Shown here: in pieces, positions 35,228 to 48,812 of the stretch
How the letters are laid out: every line of letters begins with the position of its first letter
Numbering within the stretch: the stretch's first letter is position 1
NCBI GenBank assembly: GCA_951406725.2
Contig: OX597819.1
Location: forward strand, 41,912,001-41,976,000
Direction: 5' to 3'
DNA length: 64,000 nt
From: Octopus vulgaris
Lineage: Eukaryota
The notes under the pieces: generated by a model
The model's input: the letters and a program-made list of their open reading frames with translations, nothing else
Databases searched by the model: none
Told to the model about the DNA's origin: nothing
Program-made: the position numbers and the translations under genes

Positions 35228-37714
35228 TATATATATTTAAAAGCAGTTCATTTATTCATTCATTTAATGTCCATTTTTCCATGTTAGCATGAGTTAGATG
35301 ATGTACATGAAGCAGAATTGTACAGCTGGATGCTCTACATGTCATCAACCCTTATCTGTTTCAAGGAATTTCTTATTTCACAGATCTTCAAAAGTGCAGC
35401 GGGATAGGCTATCATGTCAGCAAGGTATGTAAATATATCACCATTTCATTCAAGCAAAAGCAAAGGATGTCAACATTTGCACACACAACAGGCTTCCTAC
35501 AGTTTCCGTCAACCAATTTCATTCACAAGACCTCAAGCTACACTAATAAACCCATATCATAGTTTTATGCTAGTATCCGAGTGAAGGTTAATCCAAGTGC
35601 ATTCAGCAATTTTCTGCGGTGACAAAAGTGTTGGAATTGGTGTGATTGTTACTGTTAGCCTCCAGTCAGTCCTGACTGACTTCTAAGTAGGCAGATGTGT
35701 ATATAGGTACAATCTAGATCTATAGCTTTGCTTATGCCATAACATAATCTGAAGACCATATCTATCACTTCCAAACAAATACGACTCGGTAGTATATACC
35801 ATACTTTCGTTCCTGCTGATGTTGACTTTGCTTTTCATCCTTTCAGGGTCGATAAATTAAGTACCATTTGTGTACTGGGGTCAATCTAACTGACTGACCT
35901 CCTCACCCAAAATTTCAGGCCTTGTGTCTAGAATAGAAAAGAATATACCATACTTTCGCTAATTGTTTAACCCTTTCATTACAAACCCGGCTGAAACCGC
36001 CTCTGGCTCTGTAGTACAAATGTCTTGTTTCCATAAGTTTTGAATAAATATCTTCTACCAACCCTTAGTCACAAGTTATGTTCCTAACACTATCTTAATG
36101 ATAACTAAGTTATTTTACTAAATTCTTTGTTATCATCATCATCGTTTAACGTCCGCTTTCCATGCTAGCATGGGTTGGACGAATTGAAAGAAACACAAAG
36201 CATCTCAAAATAAATACAGTAACGAAAGTACAAATGTAGTCACAAGCAGACATCATTCGCCCTCCACCCCCAACCCAACCCACCTTTGACCTAATGGAGC
36301 ATTGAAGATGTGAGAGCTGAAAGGAGAGAGAGCTGCACCAACACTTACCTGATTGCTATTTTCAGCTGAGTAGACTGGAATAATGTGAAATCAAGGACAC
36401 AGCACATCACCAGGTCCAAGAATCGAACCTGCAATGCCATGATCGTAAGCACAACACTAACCACTAGGCTATGCACCTTCACCGGATCGCATATTTAAAC
36501 TGGTAGTGGTTGATTACATGTGGTACAGTGTTGCAACCAGGGCATGTTGCTTTCCTTCCTTCCCACTATCTTGTCTGTTTCTGCATGCTTGTACATTTTG
36601 GTGGTGGCCACATTAGAGAGAAAAAAAAACAGTGAAGTCAAGCTGACAAGGAAATTTATGCAGTTGCTGACTCACTACTTAACCATATAAAAACAAGCGA
36701 ACATACCAGATAACTCAGACCCAGGTCTCATAGGTCAGAAAAGAATGGATGGTCTGAGTCTAAATGTAGGTCAGACAAAGAATTATTAACGGAAACCGTA
36801 GCAGTTTAACAAAATTGGAATTGGTAACTTAGCACAGTGTCTAAGTTAAAGTGAACCATCAATATCATCTTTGCTTTACATTCAGAGAGAGAGAGACTCA
36901 GCAAATCAACTCAGATTAATACCCACCCAGAAACCATTGTATGGATTTATTGATTTAGGTATTAATTTTAAATCCACAGATACTACACTTTTCTACCAGT
37001 ATATACAGAACACTTTAATACAGAAAGAGAGAGACAGTAAACATTAGACCTGATATGTACTTTATTTACTATTGTACAATGTAAATATCAATTAAGATAC
37101 ATACAATAGACCTACAATAGAGTAATGTAGATATTAATTGTCTTCCTGCTGTAAAACATCTGCAGGTGTCTTGGTAGCAGTTAGCAGACCAAGCATTTGT
37201 TGACCTGGAGAAGGCCTTTGACTAGGTAGCACAAAATGTCACTGGTTGGTCACTAAGAAAATTAAACGTACAAGAATTGAATAGTTTATGAGGGCCATAC
37301 AAGCCCATGCAAAGAGGAGTGATGTCTGCAAGGTGACAGCAATGAATGTAGCATGCAGGAAGGTGTCCAAGATTTGTTTCTTGATATGGAGTTCAAAAAC
37401 TAAGCTGTCCAAGAGAACTCAAAGATTTTAATGACCTAGTTCTCAAACCCAAGTAAGTCAAAGAATTAGAGAAAATTTTCTAAATATAGAATAAAATAAA
37501 AGGGGGTCTAAAAGTAAACCATGGAAAAATGAAATCTGAGACAGCAAGAAAGACTACAGAACTCTACCAGATGCAATGTAGCTGGTCATAACCATACACA
37601 GAATAAGAGTGGGAAGGAAGTCAATACTGGTTATTCCAAAGGAATGACTAAAGAGTGATCTGTCTTGTTTCAAACCAACACCAGTTGTCAAACAGTGTAG
37701 AGGACAAACCCAAA

Positions 37715-37797
<83 letters not shown>

Positions 37798-39547
37798 GTA
37801 TGTACATATGTAGGGTAGTATGTTACATTTTTGGTATGGTTTCTATGACTGGATACTCTTCCAAATGACATAATTTAGAAAACAATGAATTTAGTAAAAT
37901 CCTTCTGACATTGTTAAGCTGATGTTTGGAACATAGTTAACATGAATGGTAAGTTTTAATCATTTAAAAACAGGAAGTAGGTATCATAGAAAGAACCAAG
38001 GCTAGTATCAAAAGAGTTAAAGGCACTCCTCTGAGATTTCAGTTTTATAAACCAAGATATTTTCATATGGGCAAAGAGACATTTCCATCATATATCACTT
38101 ATGTCTGAACATTCATTATATTTTGAAATTCCTATTAACCATTGTAAGCCAATTAACTCCACATCCTTGTACGAGAATATAAGTGGATAGTTATAAGCAA
38201 CACTTTTGTTAAAAATAAAATAATTCATGTTGGAAATGGTTGTGGTGTTAGTTGCAGGAGACAGAGTTGGAAAGGAGTTGAAGAAATTTATTAGTAAGAA
38301 AGGGTTCTTTACATGAAAGACTACGAAACAAGTGTTACTACATATTACTCAGAAATGGGTACTAATTGTAGAGAGATTGTATGAAGATTAGATAGAAATT
38401 AGCAGTAAGGGAGTGGCTGAAGTGTACAGGAGAGATAACAATTTGAATGGACAATGCTGGTTATATATACTATTAGATAATCCTGAGGACCTAGTGTGCT
38501 TGAAGTAGTTTCCCAGAAATATAAAGGAAACATCTTAAATAACCATATGTATTCAGTGAACAGAGCCAACTCACACAACAAACTAAAGTGTAATGAGAGT
38601 ATATTGACAAAGGGTGGTATCATAAAATAGAATCAAATCAAGTTACAATCTGAGTCAATTAAATGAATGCATCACAAAATACACATGCTATCAATAGTCT
38701 TGTGACTTCAATAGAAACAAGAAAATAGACAGTGGAAAGCTAGTGACATGACTTGGACAAGATCCAAAACTAAGACCTTCATCAAACTAATGCTGAAAGA
38801 ACTGTCAAAGCAGACATGCAGTTATTGATTAGTTTGACTTGTAACAACAAAAATATAACAAACAAAACAGGCAGAAAACAAAACAATTGTCTCATTACAT
38901 TTGATTGCAGATTTATCTGTAACCACAGCAATGACCTCTTGAAACAAAACTGTAATTTTCTTTAATGGTTATGCACGGATATGTTAGGACGAGTGTCCAT
39001 TATCATTGTTGATATAGTCATAATGTCTCAACCATTGAAGCCTCTGGCCTACTCGAAGCGTCTGTTTGGTAACACTCATACCAGAGACATTCCTGCTATG
39101 GACAACAGAATGCTGATCTACCCTAGTGGATGTAATAAAGGGTTCAAATGTGTACAGCAAGACTTTGCAGAGTCATTAATGTATTAGATGAAGTGCAATA
39201 TGGTATCTGTTCCAACTCTGCATTCAGTGTTCAAATTCTGCCTGTGTTAACTTTACCTATGATCCTTTCAGAGTAAATAAAAAGTACTAATTAAAACAAT
39301 GGATTGATAGGAATGTAAGAATGTTCAATTGAATGCCTTGTGATATTTGTTCTGGATCCCTGTCTTCTAACTTCAATCCCACTATGGATTAATTAGGTGA
39401 CAGACTTAATCAACTGCCTGGTTTAACCCTTTAGTATTTAAACCAGTCAAACATACTGGCCAGAACAAGTCTCATGTCTACCCTAAGTTATTCTAAAAAT
39501 AACAATCATGCCACTGAAAAAAAAAAAAATTCGAAGCTATAACACAT

Positions 39548-39852
39548 GGAGGCACATGGCCTAGTGGTTAGAGCAGCAGACTCACAGTCAAGGGATTGTG
39601 GGTTTGAATCTCATACTGAGCAATGTGTGTGTTTATGAGCAAAACATCAAAGTTCCACACAGCTCCGGCAGAAGGTAACAGCGAACTTCTACTGACTTTC
39701 ATCACAACTTTCCCTCACTCTTTCCTCCTGCATCTAGCAGCTCACCTGCAACAGACTGGTGTCTCCCGTCCAGGTGAGGAACCTATACACCAATGAAGTC
39801 AGAAAACCAGCCCTTATGAGCCAGGAATGGCTCAAGAAGGAACAAACAACAG
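39548..39852 (+). mobile_element. SINE family C-related copy
   Basis: GGAGGCACATGGCCTAGTGGTTAGAGCAG head, (AAC)n-like tail. Confidence 0.75.
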
Positions 39853-39884
39853 CAACACATTAAATAATGCATGATTAATTCAAA

Positions 39885-39927
<43 letters not shown>

Positions 39928-42501
39928 AACACGACAGGCTTCTTTCCGCACCCATCTACCAAATCCACTCACAAGGTTTTGGTCAGCCTGGGTTGATTCC
40001 TATTTTAGAAACACTTCGAAACATTCCAGAAATAAAAACGAGAAACCAAAGGCTATAGAAGACACTTGCCCAAGGTGCCACGCAGTGGGTCTGAACCCGG
40101 AACCATGTGGTTGGGAAGCAAGCTTCTTACCACATGGTGCCATGCAGTGGGACTGAACCCGTCTTACCACACAGCCACACCTGTGCCTATTCTTACCACA
40201 CAGCCATGCTTTGTCATCAGTTGTATATGGTCACTTATCTGCAAGAAATTCTATCTGAATCTCTCTTTAAAACTACACTACTGGCTCAAGTGGAGAAGGC
40301 ATTGGGTAAATATAGTCCTAGATACACTGCACTGGGCTGAGGGGATGGGATGGTTATGGCTGGAATACCTTTGATCAAAGATCTGCTTCAGAGCTGACCA
40401 GAGGCTAAAAAACAAAATGTAGTTTATAGTCTCCCATGACAAGTGTTTATATAGCTATTAAACGAAGCAAGAATTTGCTATTCCAGTTAATTACAATTAA
40501 TTTTTTTTTCTCCTTTGAAGATGGATGGCTTAGACATGCAAAATCCTAGGCTACCATAAAACTGAGAGCAATCTGACTAAAATGGCATTTGTTAATAAGC
40601 TTAATCATCAATAACCATTATGCTAATGTCGTAAAGCATAATAGTAATTAAGCCCATGCTAGAGACATTAGTATAATAACGTAAGAATTGTTAATGGGTT
40701 GTTTCTTATTTTAGTAACACTTCGAAACGCTCCAGAAATAAAAATGAGAAACCAAATTAAAAATTAAGTGTACTTATGTTTATGCACTACTATAAAAACA
40801 GGTTCGTTATGTCTTATAATAATAGGAAATAACAGAAAGACCTATGAATTGACTGGATAGCCATGGGTAGAACGCTTTTGAGTTATTTCAGATTGAATTA
40901 TTAAAGACAGTAAAATTTAAAGTATATGTCTTCGTAGAAACGAGTATACACAAACTAAGTGCAGCGTATAAAAATAAAAGGTACGTATTTCAGCTTCACT
41001 TTTTAATCATTTCGACGTGTCACTAAAATAGAAACAAGCCCTACCAATGCTGTTTAAACATTAAAAAAAAATTACGTTTTTTTTTTAAATTAAATATATT
41101 TCAATAAATTATTTGGAAATAATTCTTAGATTTTCTATGAAATTTCTCCAAATTTTCATCGTATTTGTTGTTCAGCTCAAAATGAGAGTTGATCAAGCAG
41201 ACCCATGATCAAATGCATTCCAATCATGACCAACCTGCTTTTTATTTTTTTAACATTGAATTGTTTTTCTCTTTCTCTCAAGATATGGTGCACTATCAGA
41301 AGATTCTGCAGCTATTACTAGCACTTCAGAAAAAAACACGTAATCAGAGTCAGTAGCACTGAAAACATGATTTGGAGAAAGAAGCAAGCAATTGCGTACA
41401 TGGTTTAGAGTGATGGGGTGGGAGAATAAATTTCACATCTCTCCTATATGTTAATAGTGAAAATTAAAAATTATTCCAATGGGTAAAATATGCCAATAAA
41501 CAGGGGACCTGGTTTAGAATTTTTACAATACGAATAAAAAAAGAAATAGATATTTGCTAGGTAAAAAAAGATTAACAAGTACAATGCTTGTTCGTTCAAC
41601 AAGGTAAGTCTTCCTTGCTGTCATAAAGGCAGCTTTTTTAATCACAGGTTAACACAGAGTAGACTTAAGACCAAAGGCATTGCGGCCGCAACTATTTAGG
41701 GATATCTATAGTTATATAATCCAATGGTCCCTCACTTAAAAAAAAAAAAGTAATTTGAGGGATTTAGCTGATGCTATTTCGAACTACAGAATCTCCATCT
41801 AGCATGGCATGATTTTATATGTTTTGTTTTCAATTCCGCAGTTAAGTTGAAATAAAAATATAAATCCATCGTTGTCCTTTCTTTCATGAAATACCACATC
41901 GTTTAAATACAGATAAAAAAATCTTATAGAGAAATATTAACAAACGTGGACAAACGTAAACCACAAAAATTATCTATATCACATGTCTTTTGATTAATTT
42001 CGTTTCAATTTTGAGTTGTAGTTTCTTTTTCACTGATAAGAAAAAAAAATGAATAAACGTCACAACTTCACATTTTTTTCTCTTTCTAATTTGAAAGATG
42101 TATATGACACTGAGAGAAGAAATTCTACGATTAAATATATCTAGAAGTTTCAGTACTGAATTCATTAACCTAGTAATATCAGTTGAACCGCGTAAACGTA
42201 TTTTTAAATTTTTTTCATCTGCTTATTTTTACTTGATCTATCAATAGATACAAATCAATAGTCGCTAATAAAACTACGATATTAGGCTTTGAAATAACGA
42301 AAGTATAAATGCGATAGAGCTTCTAGGAAGCCGCACGACTAGCTAGAAATAGTAACCAAATCATGCCTTACTGTCTTTGGCTAATGCAGTCCTAGATACC
42401 CAACAGTAAGACGGGACAGTCACAGATGGGATATCTCTTAATATGAACCTGTTGATTGAAGTTTATAAGAGATAGAACAAATGAGTGAACCTATAGAACA
42501 T

Positions 42502-42622
42502 AGGCGCAGGAGTGGCTGTGTGGTAAGTAGCTTGCTTGCCAACCGGGTTCATTCCCAATGCGCGGCACCTTGGGCAAGTGTCTTCTACAAGAGCCTCGGG
42601 CCGACCAAAGAAGTCCTTCGAT

Positions 42623-42653
<31 letters not shown>

Positions 42654-42880
42654 GTGTGTGTGTGTACGTTTGTGTGTCTGTGTTTGCCCTCCCCCCTCCA
42701 ACATCGCTTGACAACCGATGGTAGTGTGTTTACGTCCCCGTAACTTAGTGGTTCGGCAAAAGAATACCGATAGAATAAGTACTAGGCTTCCAAAGAATAA
42801 GTCCTGGGGTCGATTTGCTCGACTAAAGGCGGTGCTCCAGTATGGCCGCAGTCAAATGACTGAAACATGCAAGAGAGATA
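42502..42880 (+). mobile_element. SINE family A copy retaining most CpGs
   Basis: GGCGCAGGAGTGGCTGTGTGGTAAG head through to GACTGAAAC tail. Confidence 0.88.
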
Positions 42881-43014
42881 AAAGTGACAAGTTGGAGTTT
42901 AGAAAGATGACAATCCCACAAAAATATCTCACCACGTGCTTTGATAGTACATGTATTTAATATTTACCCCAAGAGTAAAAAAGGGGAGTGAGAGACAGGT
43001 TATATATATATATA

Positions 43015-43128
43015 TATATTAGAAGAAATGAGGTACTCAGAAAATCGGATGGTTTATATTTACAGATATATATATATCTGTAAATATAAACCATCCGATT
43101 TTCTGAGTACCTCATTTCTTCTAATATA
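43015..43128. repeat. Perfect 114-bp palindrome
   Basis: TATATTAGAAGAAATGAGGTACTCAGAAAATCGGATGGTTTATATTTACAGATATAT followed directly by its reverse complement. Confidence 0.95.
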
Positions 43129-44006
43129 AAATACCTGTACATCATCTCCAAACCTTCCAATATATATATATATGTGTGTGTGTGTATAAACATTTAGAGT
43201 GATATATGCCAAAAATAATTTGGCAATAAATCATTAAAGAAGAATAAGATCACAAATACATTTTAAAACTCTCATAAACACAACTCTAAAACAAAACCAT
43301 ATAAAGCATAGAAACCCACCGCGGATAATCCTCTACCATAAAAACGACCATCTTCAAGAAGACATATATATCTATAAATATACACACGCACATATTATGA
43401 CACAGTTTCATTGAAATCAGTTTTGCTGAGTTAACGTAAAGACATTTTAGTCGAAGATTATCACAAGTTAATTATCCTAAGGTAATTCGTAACATATTTT
43501 TAATTACCTAATACTGAACAATAATTATGTTAACATCCATAAATCGCAACGTTTATTATCAAGTAACAACAAGAGCAAAAATTCTTTTAGCTGAATTCTG
43601 GACGCGGTGTTGACGCCAACATATTTATCTAATGTAAATAAAAAAAAAAACTTATTGCGTTCTGGAATTACACTTGGTGGAAAAGACAAAATGAAAATAT
43701 GATGAAAGGCGACGGAATGTGTATGAATCGAAGGCTTTTTCTTTCGTCATTACTGAATATTGTCGCACTAATAAGCGGAACCGTGAAAGCAGCAACGAAA
43801 AGCTTGATTCCAACAACAAACATTATATATCATCATTCATTTGCACAATCAAACATGTGAAAAATATATATATATATATATATCCATATATAAGTTTGAA
43901 CTGTCAAATATTTTAATATACTCTCTAGAGTACATATCCTTGCGGGTACATGAGGCGGCGCGATTATTTCAGAGTATACAGTACTCAATATCTACTTACA
44001 CACATC

Positions 44007-44057
<51 letters not shown>

Positions 44058-44857
44058 TGTATGTATATTTGCGCGTGAGTGTATACCTGAGTTTGAAGTA
44101 TAGAGATCCACGTTGAAAAATATCAATATGATGATGACATTATTATTCAAGAAATCGAAAATGTAGCTCTTATACAAAATAAAAGAAAAATTAAAGCAAA
44201 CAACAAATTTAAATTCAAACCAATAAAAAAAGGCATATTTCCTTTATATATATATTTTTTTATCCAGAAATCAAACATTTATTAACCTAATCTAGTAGTA
44301 ATCGAATATGAATGAAAGAAAGGTGATCGCATAATTTCACCTACAAGAAAATAATAATCTAACGAACTCGAAATAGATATTCGAAAATTGCCATTATGGA
44401 AACTATGCCGAAATTATATATTTATATGTATGTGTACGCGACTAAGAAACCTGTTAATAGTGATAGTAAATTCTAGATATAAATATATTCTGGTTGCAAT
44501 TTCTTTCATGTTTTCTGCTATGGTTAAGGGGAAAATTCTTTACTGTGTTTCTTTAAACAAAAATATTACGTTATATTTTCTTTCTTCGTTCTCTTGGCTT
44601 CAGCTGTTGTTAAGAGGAAAATGTCAAATAAACACATGAGATATACTAACCTTCAATAAAAAAAAAATGATAATATATAAATATAGGCAAGAAGAAAATG
44701 GTTGAGATAGAGAATTAGTCCAACACTTGACTTGCGTCTTCTGTCAGGTACAACTGTGTGAAAATGACTAAAATCACCAATCTCTTTCATTCAAAAGAAA
44801 GTGGTGTGAGTAGTCTGCCCTTGGGAGAAATAGATTTCTCTTTATTCATGTTATGAT

Positions 44858-44873
44858 GCTAGAGGGCGCCACA
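44858..44873 (+). promoter_or_regulatory. Candidate CTCF-like site in the putative promoter region
   Basis: GCTAGAGGGCGCCACA matches the 3' part of the CTCF core (YAGRKGGCGCY) in a repeat-poor, CpG-retaining region next to a (GA)n tract. Confidence 0.35.
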
Positions 44874-45052
44874 CAGCAAAATTACTGATTTACGTATGAG
44901 AGAGAGAGAGAGCGAAAGAGAGAGTACGTGCGTGTTTGTGTATATTATGTATATTTATATTTATATGTATGTATGTATGCGTGTTGGTTGAGGAAATTGT
45001 TTATATTGGAAAGGGAAGAAAAACTACATTTGTTGCACACTCACACACACGC

Positions 45053-45085
<33 letters not shown>

Positions 45086-45727
45086 CATACATATGTGTGC
45101 ACAATGGTCGACTTTGCCTTTCATCCTCTCGGGGTCGATAAATAAAGTACCAGTTTCGCACTGGGTCGATGTAATCGACTTAATCCCTTTGTCTGTCCTT
45201 GTTTTCCCCCTCTATGTTTAGCCCCTTGTGGGTAGTAAAGAAATATATATATATATACATACACACACATGTATATATATACATATACATATACATATGT
45301 GCACACATGCACATATAGAGAGAAGGAAAAGAGAGAGAGAGAGATTGTGTTATTGGTTCTTGGAAAGGACTAATCAGATAATGCTTTTTGGTACTGCCTC
45401 TCATGACACTTACACCTAACGACAGTCACTATGGAACTGCCAATCATTGCAGCTGCGACATCATAACTCATGTTACAGCTTATCTCGAATTTTTCTGCAC
45501 AAACTTACAGTCGCAAGCCTATTTACAACTTAAACTAGTAGCTAACCCATGCTGCTTTCTGTAGCTGCTATACTTTTTAAAGGAGTTACAACTTATACCA
45601 ATAGCATTTATTTATTTTATCAATTCGTTTTGTAAGATTCCTTATGTGAAATCGTGTGTTGAAACACGGTCATTTTATTTCTTTATAATTTTTTTTTACC
45701 AAATAAACACATGCACTATATATATAT

Positions 45728-46128
45728 GGATCTTTGCGGTTTGAACGGCAGTTTTTAACATAATTTCTAGGTAACAAAAAAATTTTAAACTTCGTATACT
45801 GGTAGAATGTGTTCATAGAACATATTTTTCTCTTGGCTTTATTGAGAAAATTCTATAGTTTGTAAGATATTTGCTGTTTTTTTTCTTCAATTTCTGCAAT
45901 TTCAACCAATCACTGACGTCTATTGAAGTAAAAAGCATTCTGTGCCGTATGAATATGTCCCTGGGTTTATTTACATTTCTGAAGAAAAAAAAGATACCCT
46001 CCCCCCCACTTCTAACCCTAACCCTAAAACAGATTGAAATGCAATAGATCGATACTAGGGTCATAATTATGGGTGACAATTTCATATGACACCGCTGGGA
46101 AAAACTGCCGTTCAAACCGAAAAGATCC
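45728..46128. mobile_element. MITE with ~29-bp TIRs GGATCTTTTCGGTTTGAACGGCAGTTTTT and AT flanks
   Basis: TIRs at both ends, AT on each side; second copy in opposite orientation at 61158-61473; related fragment near 47880-48085. Confidence 0.85.
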
Positions 46129-46129
46129 A

Positions 46130-46366
46130 TATATATATATTCTTCACTCGTTTATTACTGTTCTTATTTAATGTCCATTGTCCGGAAATCTTTCATCACA
46201 CATCTGTCACCTCTTCAGTGACATCTTTCGTTTCCGTGCGTGTTCTTGCTACACACGGAAACGAAAAGTGTTGCTGAAGGGGTCACAGATGTGTGACGAA
46301 AGATTTCCGGCCAAAGGACATTAAATAAATAAGAACAGTAATAAACAAGTGAAAAATATATATATA
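46130..46366. repeat. Fold-back inverted repeat (~110-bp arms), each arm carrying a hammerhead-like motif
   Basis: Arms 46130-46243 and 46251-46366, flanked by (TA)n. Plus arm CTGAAGG-G-GTCACA-GATG-TGTGAC-GAAAGATTTC (46274-46307); minus arm CTGAAGA-G-GTGACA-GATG-TGTGAT-GAAAGATTTC (46218-46185). Confidence 0.8.
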
Positions 46367-47274
46367 GTGCGTGTGTTTATCTGAAATAAAGAAAAATAAT
46401 TAAATGAAATGACCCTCTCGAAATGCAACAATATTTACCTATTTATTTATTTCGTCAGTTACAATCCCATAAATTTGACTTTTGAGCAGAATCCTTCGCT
46501 AATTAGATAATCGCAACATGAAGTTCGGATTTAGCTAAACGAATCTACCAGTTACTGTAGGATAGATCTCCGTTGTTCGATGATGAGGATGCAGTTGTTC
46601 AATCAAATAAACAATTCGCAGCTCCTGAATAAAGGTTTAAAAGGCTGAGTATTCCATAGATATGTATGTATACCCTTAACATAATTCTCAGTCAGAATTA
46701 CTGTAACATTATGTGCGAGAAGGCTGCATTCTTTTGAATAAGTTAAAATTTATCTGACAGGCTTCTCTACAGTTTCCATCCACTCATCGATCCGATCCAA
46801 GGCTTTTGAAAATGACGTTTTCTCAGTGGGTTCGAACTACGGACATCGTGGTTGTGAAGCAAGCTTTTAAACCTTTGGCTGTACTGCATCCACAGTTACT
46901 ATGTATCTTTTTTATCTTATTTACTTGTTTCAGTAATTAGACTGTGGCTATGCTGGGGCACTGAAGAATTTTTGAAGAATTTTTAGTCAAATGAATTGTA
47001 CCTGGTGCTATTTTTTAAAGCCTGATACTTATTCTATCTGTCTCTTTTGCTGAACCGCTAAGTTACGGGACATAAACACGCCAACACCGGTTGTCAAGCG
47101 GTAGAGGGGAGACAAACACAGACACAAAGACATATATATATCATCGTTTAACATCTGCTTTCCATAACGGCTCCAACAACGACGATGGTTAGAGCAGCAC
47201 CAACGGAGACACCAACAGTAACAACAACAGCGGAAGTAGCAACATCAGCAGAAGCAGCAACTCCAACAGCAGCA

Positions 47275-47525
47275 TTCGAAAATACATTGGGCATTCCAGA
47301 AACACCTTCAAGCAGTGCCTCTCCAACCACAAATCCTCATTTATGATCACAGAGCAACGTCATGCCACATCCTTGCTAGCCACGTGTGGCGCCTGATGGA
47401 CGAAGAGACTCACATGTAATCACATGGAAGATCCTAGAAAAACCTACTTCGACGGGAACAAACATTGCAATCTGAGCTTAGTGGAACTCTCAATCTGAAA
47501 ACTATCTTGAATTCCAAGTTTCCGG
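47275..47525 (+). mobile_element. Penelope-like element GIY-YIG endonuclease relic
   Basis: KYIGHSRNTFKQCLSNHKSSF...ATSL/ASHVW...ITWKILEK...YFDGNKHCNLSLVE, across frameshifts, follows the PLE GIY-YIG C-terminal pattern. Confidence 0.7.
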
Positions 47526-48084
47526 ATCCTGCTTACACTTCAGGCGATTCCTACTGAAATCTTGGGATCCGCAAGTTGACTGGGTAGATGCCGGAGAGTG
47601 GTCTGAAGGAGACAATCCCTTGCACTTGATCTGCATGTATGTATGAACGTACATACATGCATGTATACATACATACATACGTGTTTACACTCTTTTACTA
47701 CAACTAGGGCTGCCTTGACAACATTATAGGTCCTTGGGCAAATCAATGCACTGGCCTTATAGTATTTATGTATTTATTGACAGCAAGCCTTAGCATACAT
47801 AGAGTAAAACTGATCACCTAGACCTGCGGGACCCTAGAGCAACTACTCAATATGTTTATGCCTTAAGACAGCACTGGCCAGATCTGTTCAGTTTGGCGCA
47901 CAGATTTTTCTAATTAATTTTTTTTTAACAAAACAGCTTAAAACTTCGTATACTGGTGGAATTTCTCACTCAGAACACAGGTTACTTTAAACGTTTTTCA
48001 CAAAATTTTCGTATTTTGGAAGTTATTTCGTGTTAAAGTTGTCGCATTCGGGTAATTTTAGCCAATCAATGACGTGTATTCTGA

Positions 48085-48812
48085 CATAGCAGAACAATTT
48101 GATGTCAGTCCCAGAACAGCTGTCAGGTATCTCTACAAACTTGGTTACTATGGCAGAGCAGCAAGAAGGAAGCCACTTCTTCGACCAGCCAATATCAAAT
48201 GAAGAAAAGATTGGACCAGAGAGACAGTAGAGAGGCCATTAGCATTTTGGGAGACTGTCATATTGTCTTATGAGTCCAGATTTTCTGTATTTTCTGACAT
48301 TAATCAGTAGTGTGGGTCTGGAGACTCAGTGATCAAGAATTTGACGTGAAAAGATTGCAGCCAACAATGTGATACGGCGGGTATTCTGTCGATCAGAACT
48401 GGTGGAGTGTGAGGGAAACATAGACTCTGATAAATATATGTCCATATTGCAGAAAGAACTTCTTCCAAACTTTTCCAGTTGTGAAATGATTAAAGAGGAC
48501 CCTTTATTTATGGAAGATGGGGGTCCTTGTCACACAGTTAAAAATGACCCAAGATTGGTTGGAAGAGAACGGCATTAAAAAATTTCCACGTCCAAGCCAG
48601 TAACCACGTATGAATTCTATTGAACATCTCTGCAACATAATGGACAGAGCATTTCATAAAAAGAACAAGAAAGCATCTTCAAAGAGCCAGATCTTTTGAG
48701 ATCACTGCATGAAACTTGGCAAGAAATTCCTCAAGAGAATATTTATCATCTGATCAGGAGAATGCCTAATAGGCATTGAAAAAGTGCAAAGAGCATGTCT
48801 ACTAAATATTGA
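48085..48812 (+). mobile_element. Degraded Tc1-like transposase relic
   Basis: ARRKPLL..NIK..WETVILSYESRF..KRLQPT..DSDKYMSILQKELLP..FMEDGGPCHT..MNSIEHL..LIRRMP, with stops and frameshifts. Confidence 0.8.
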
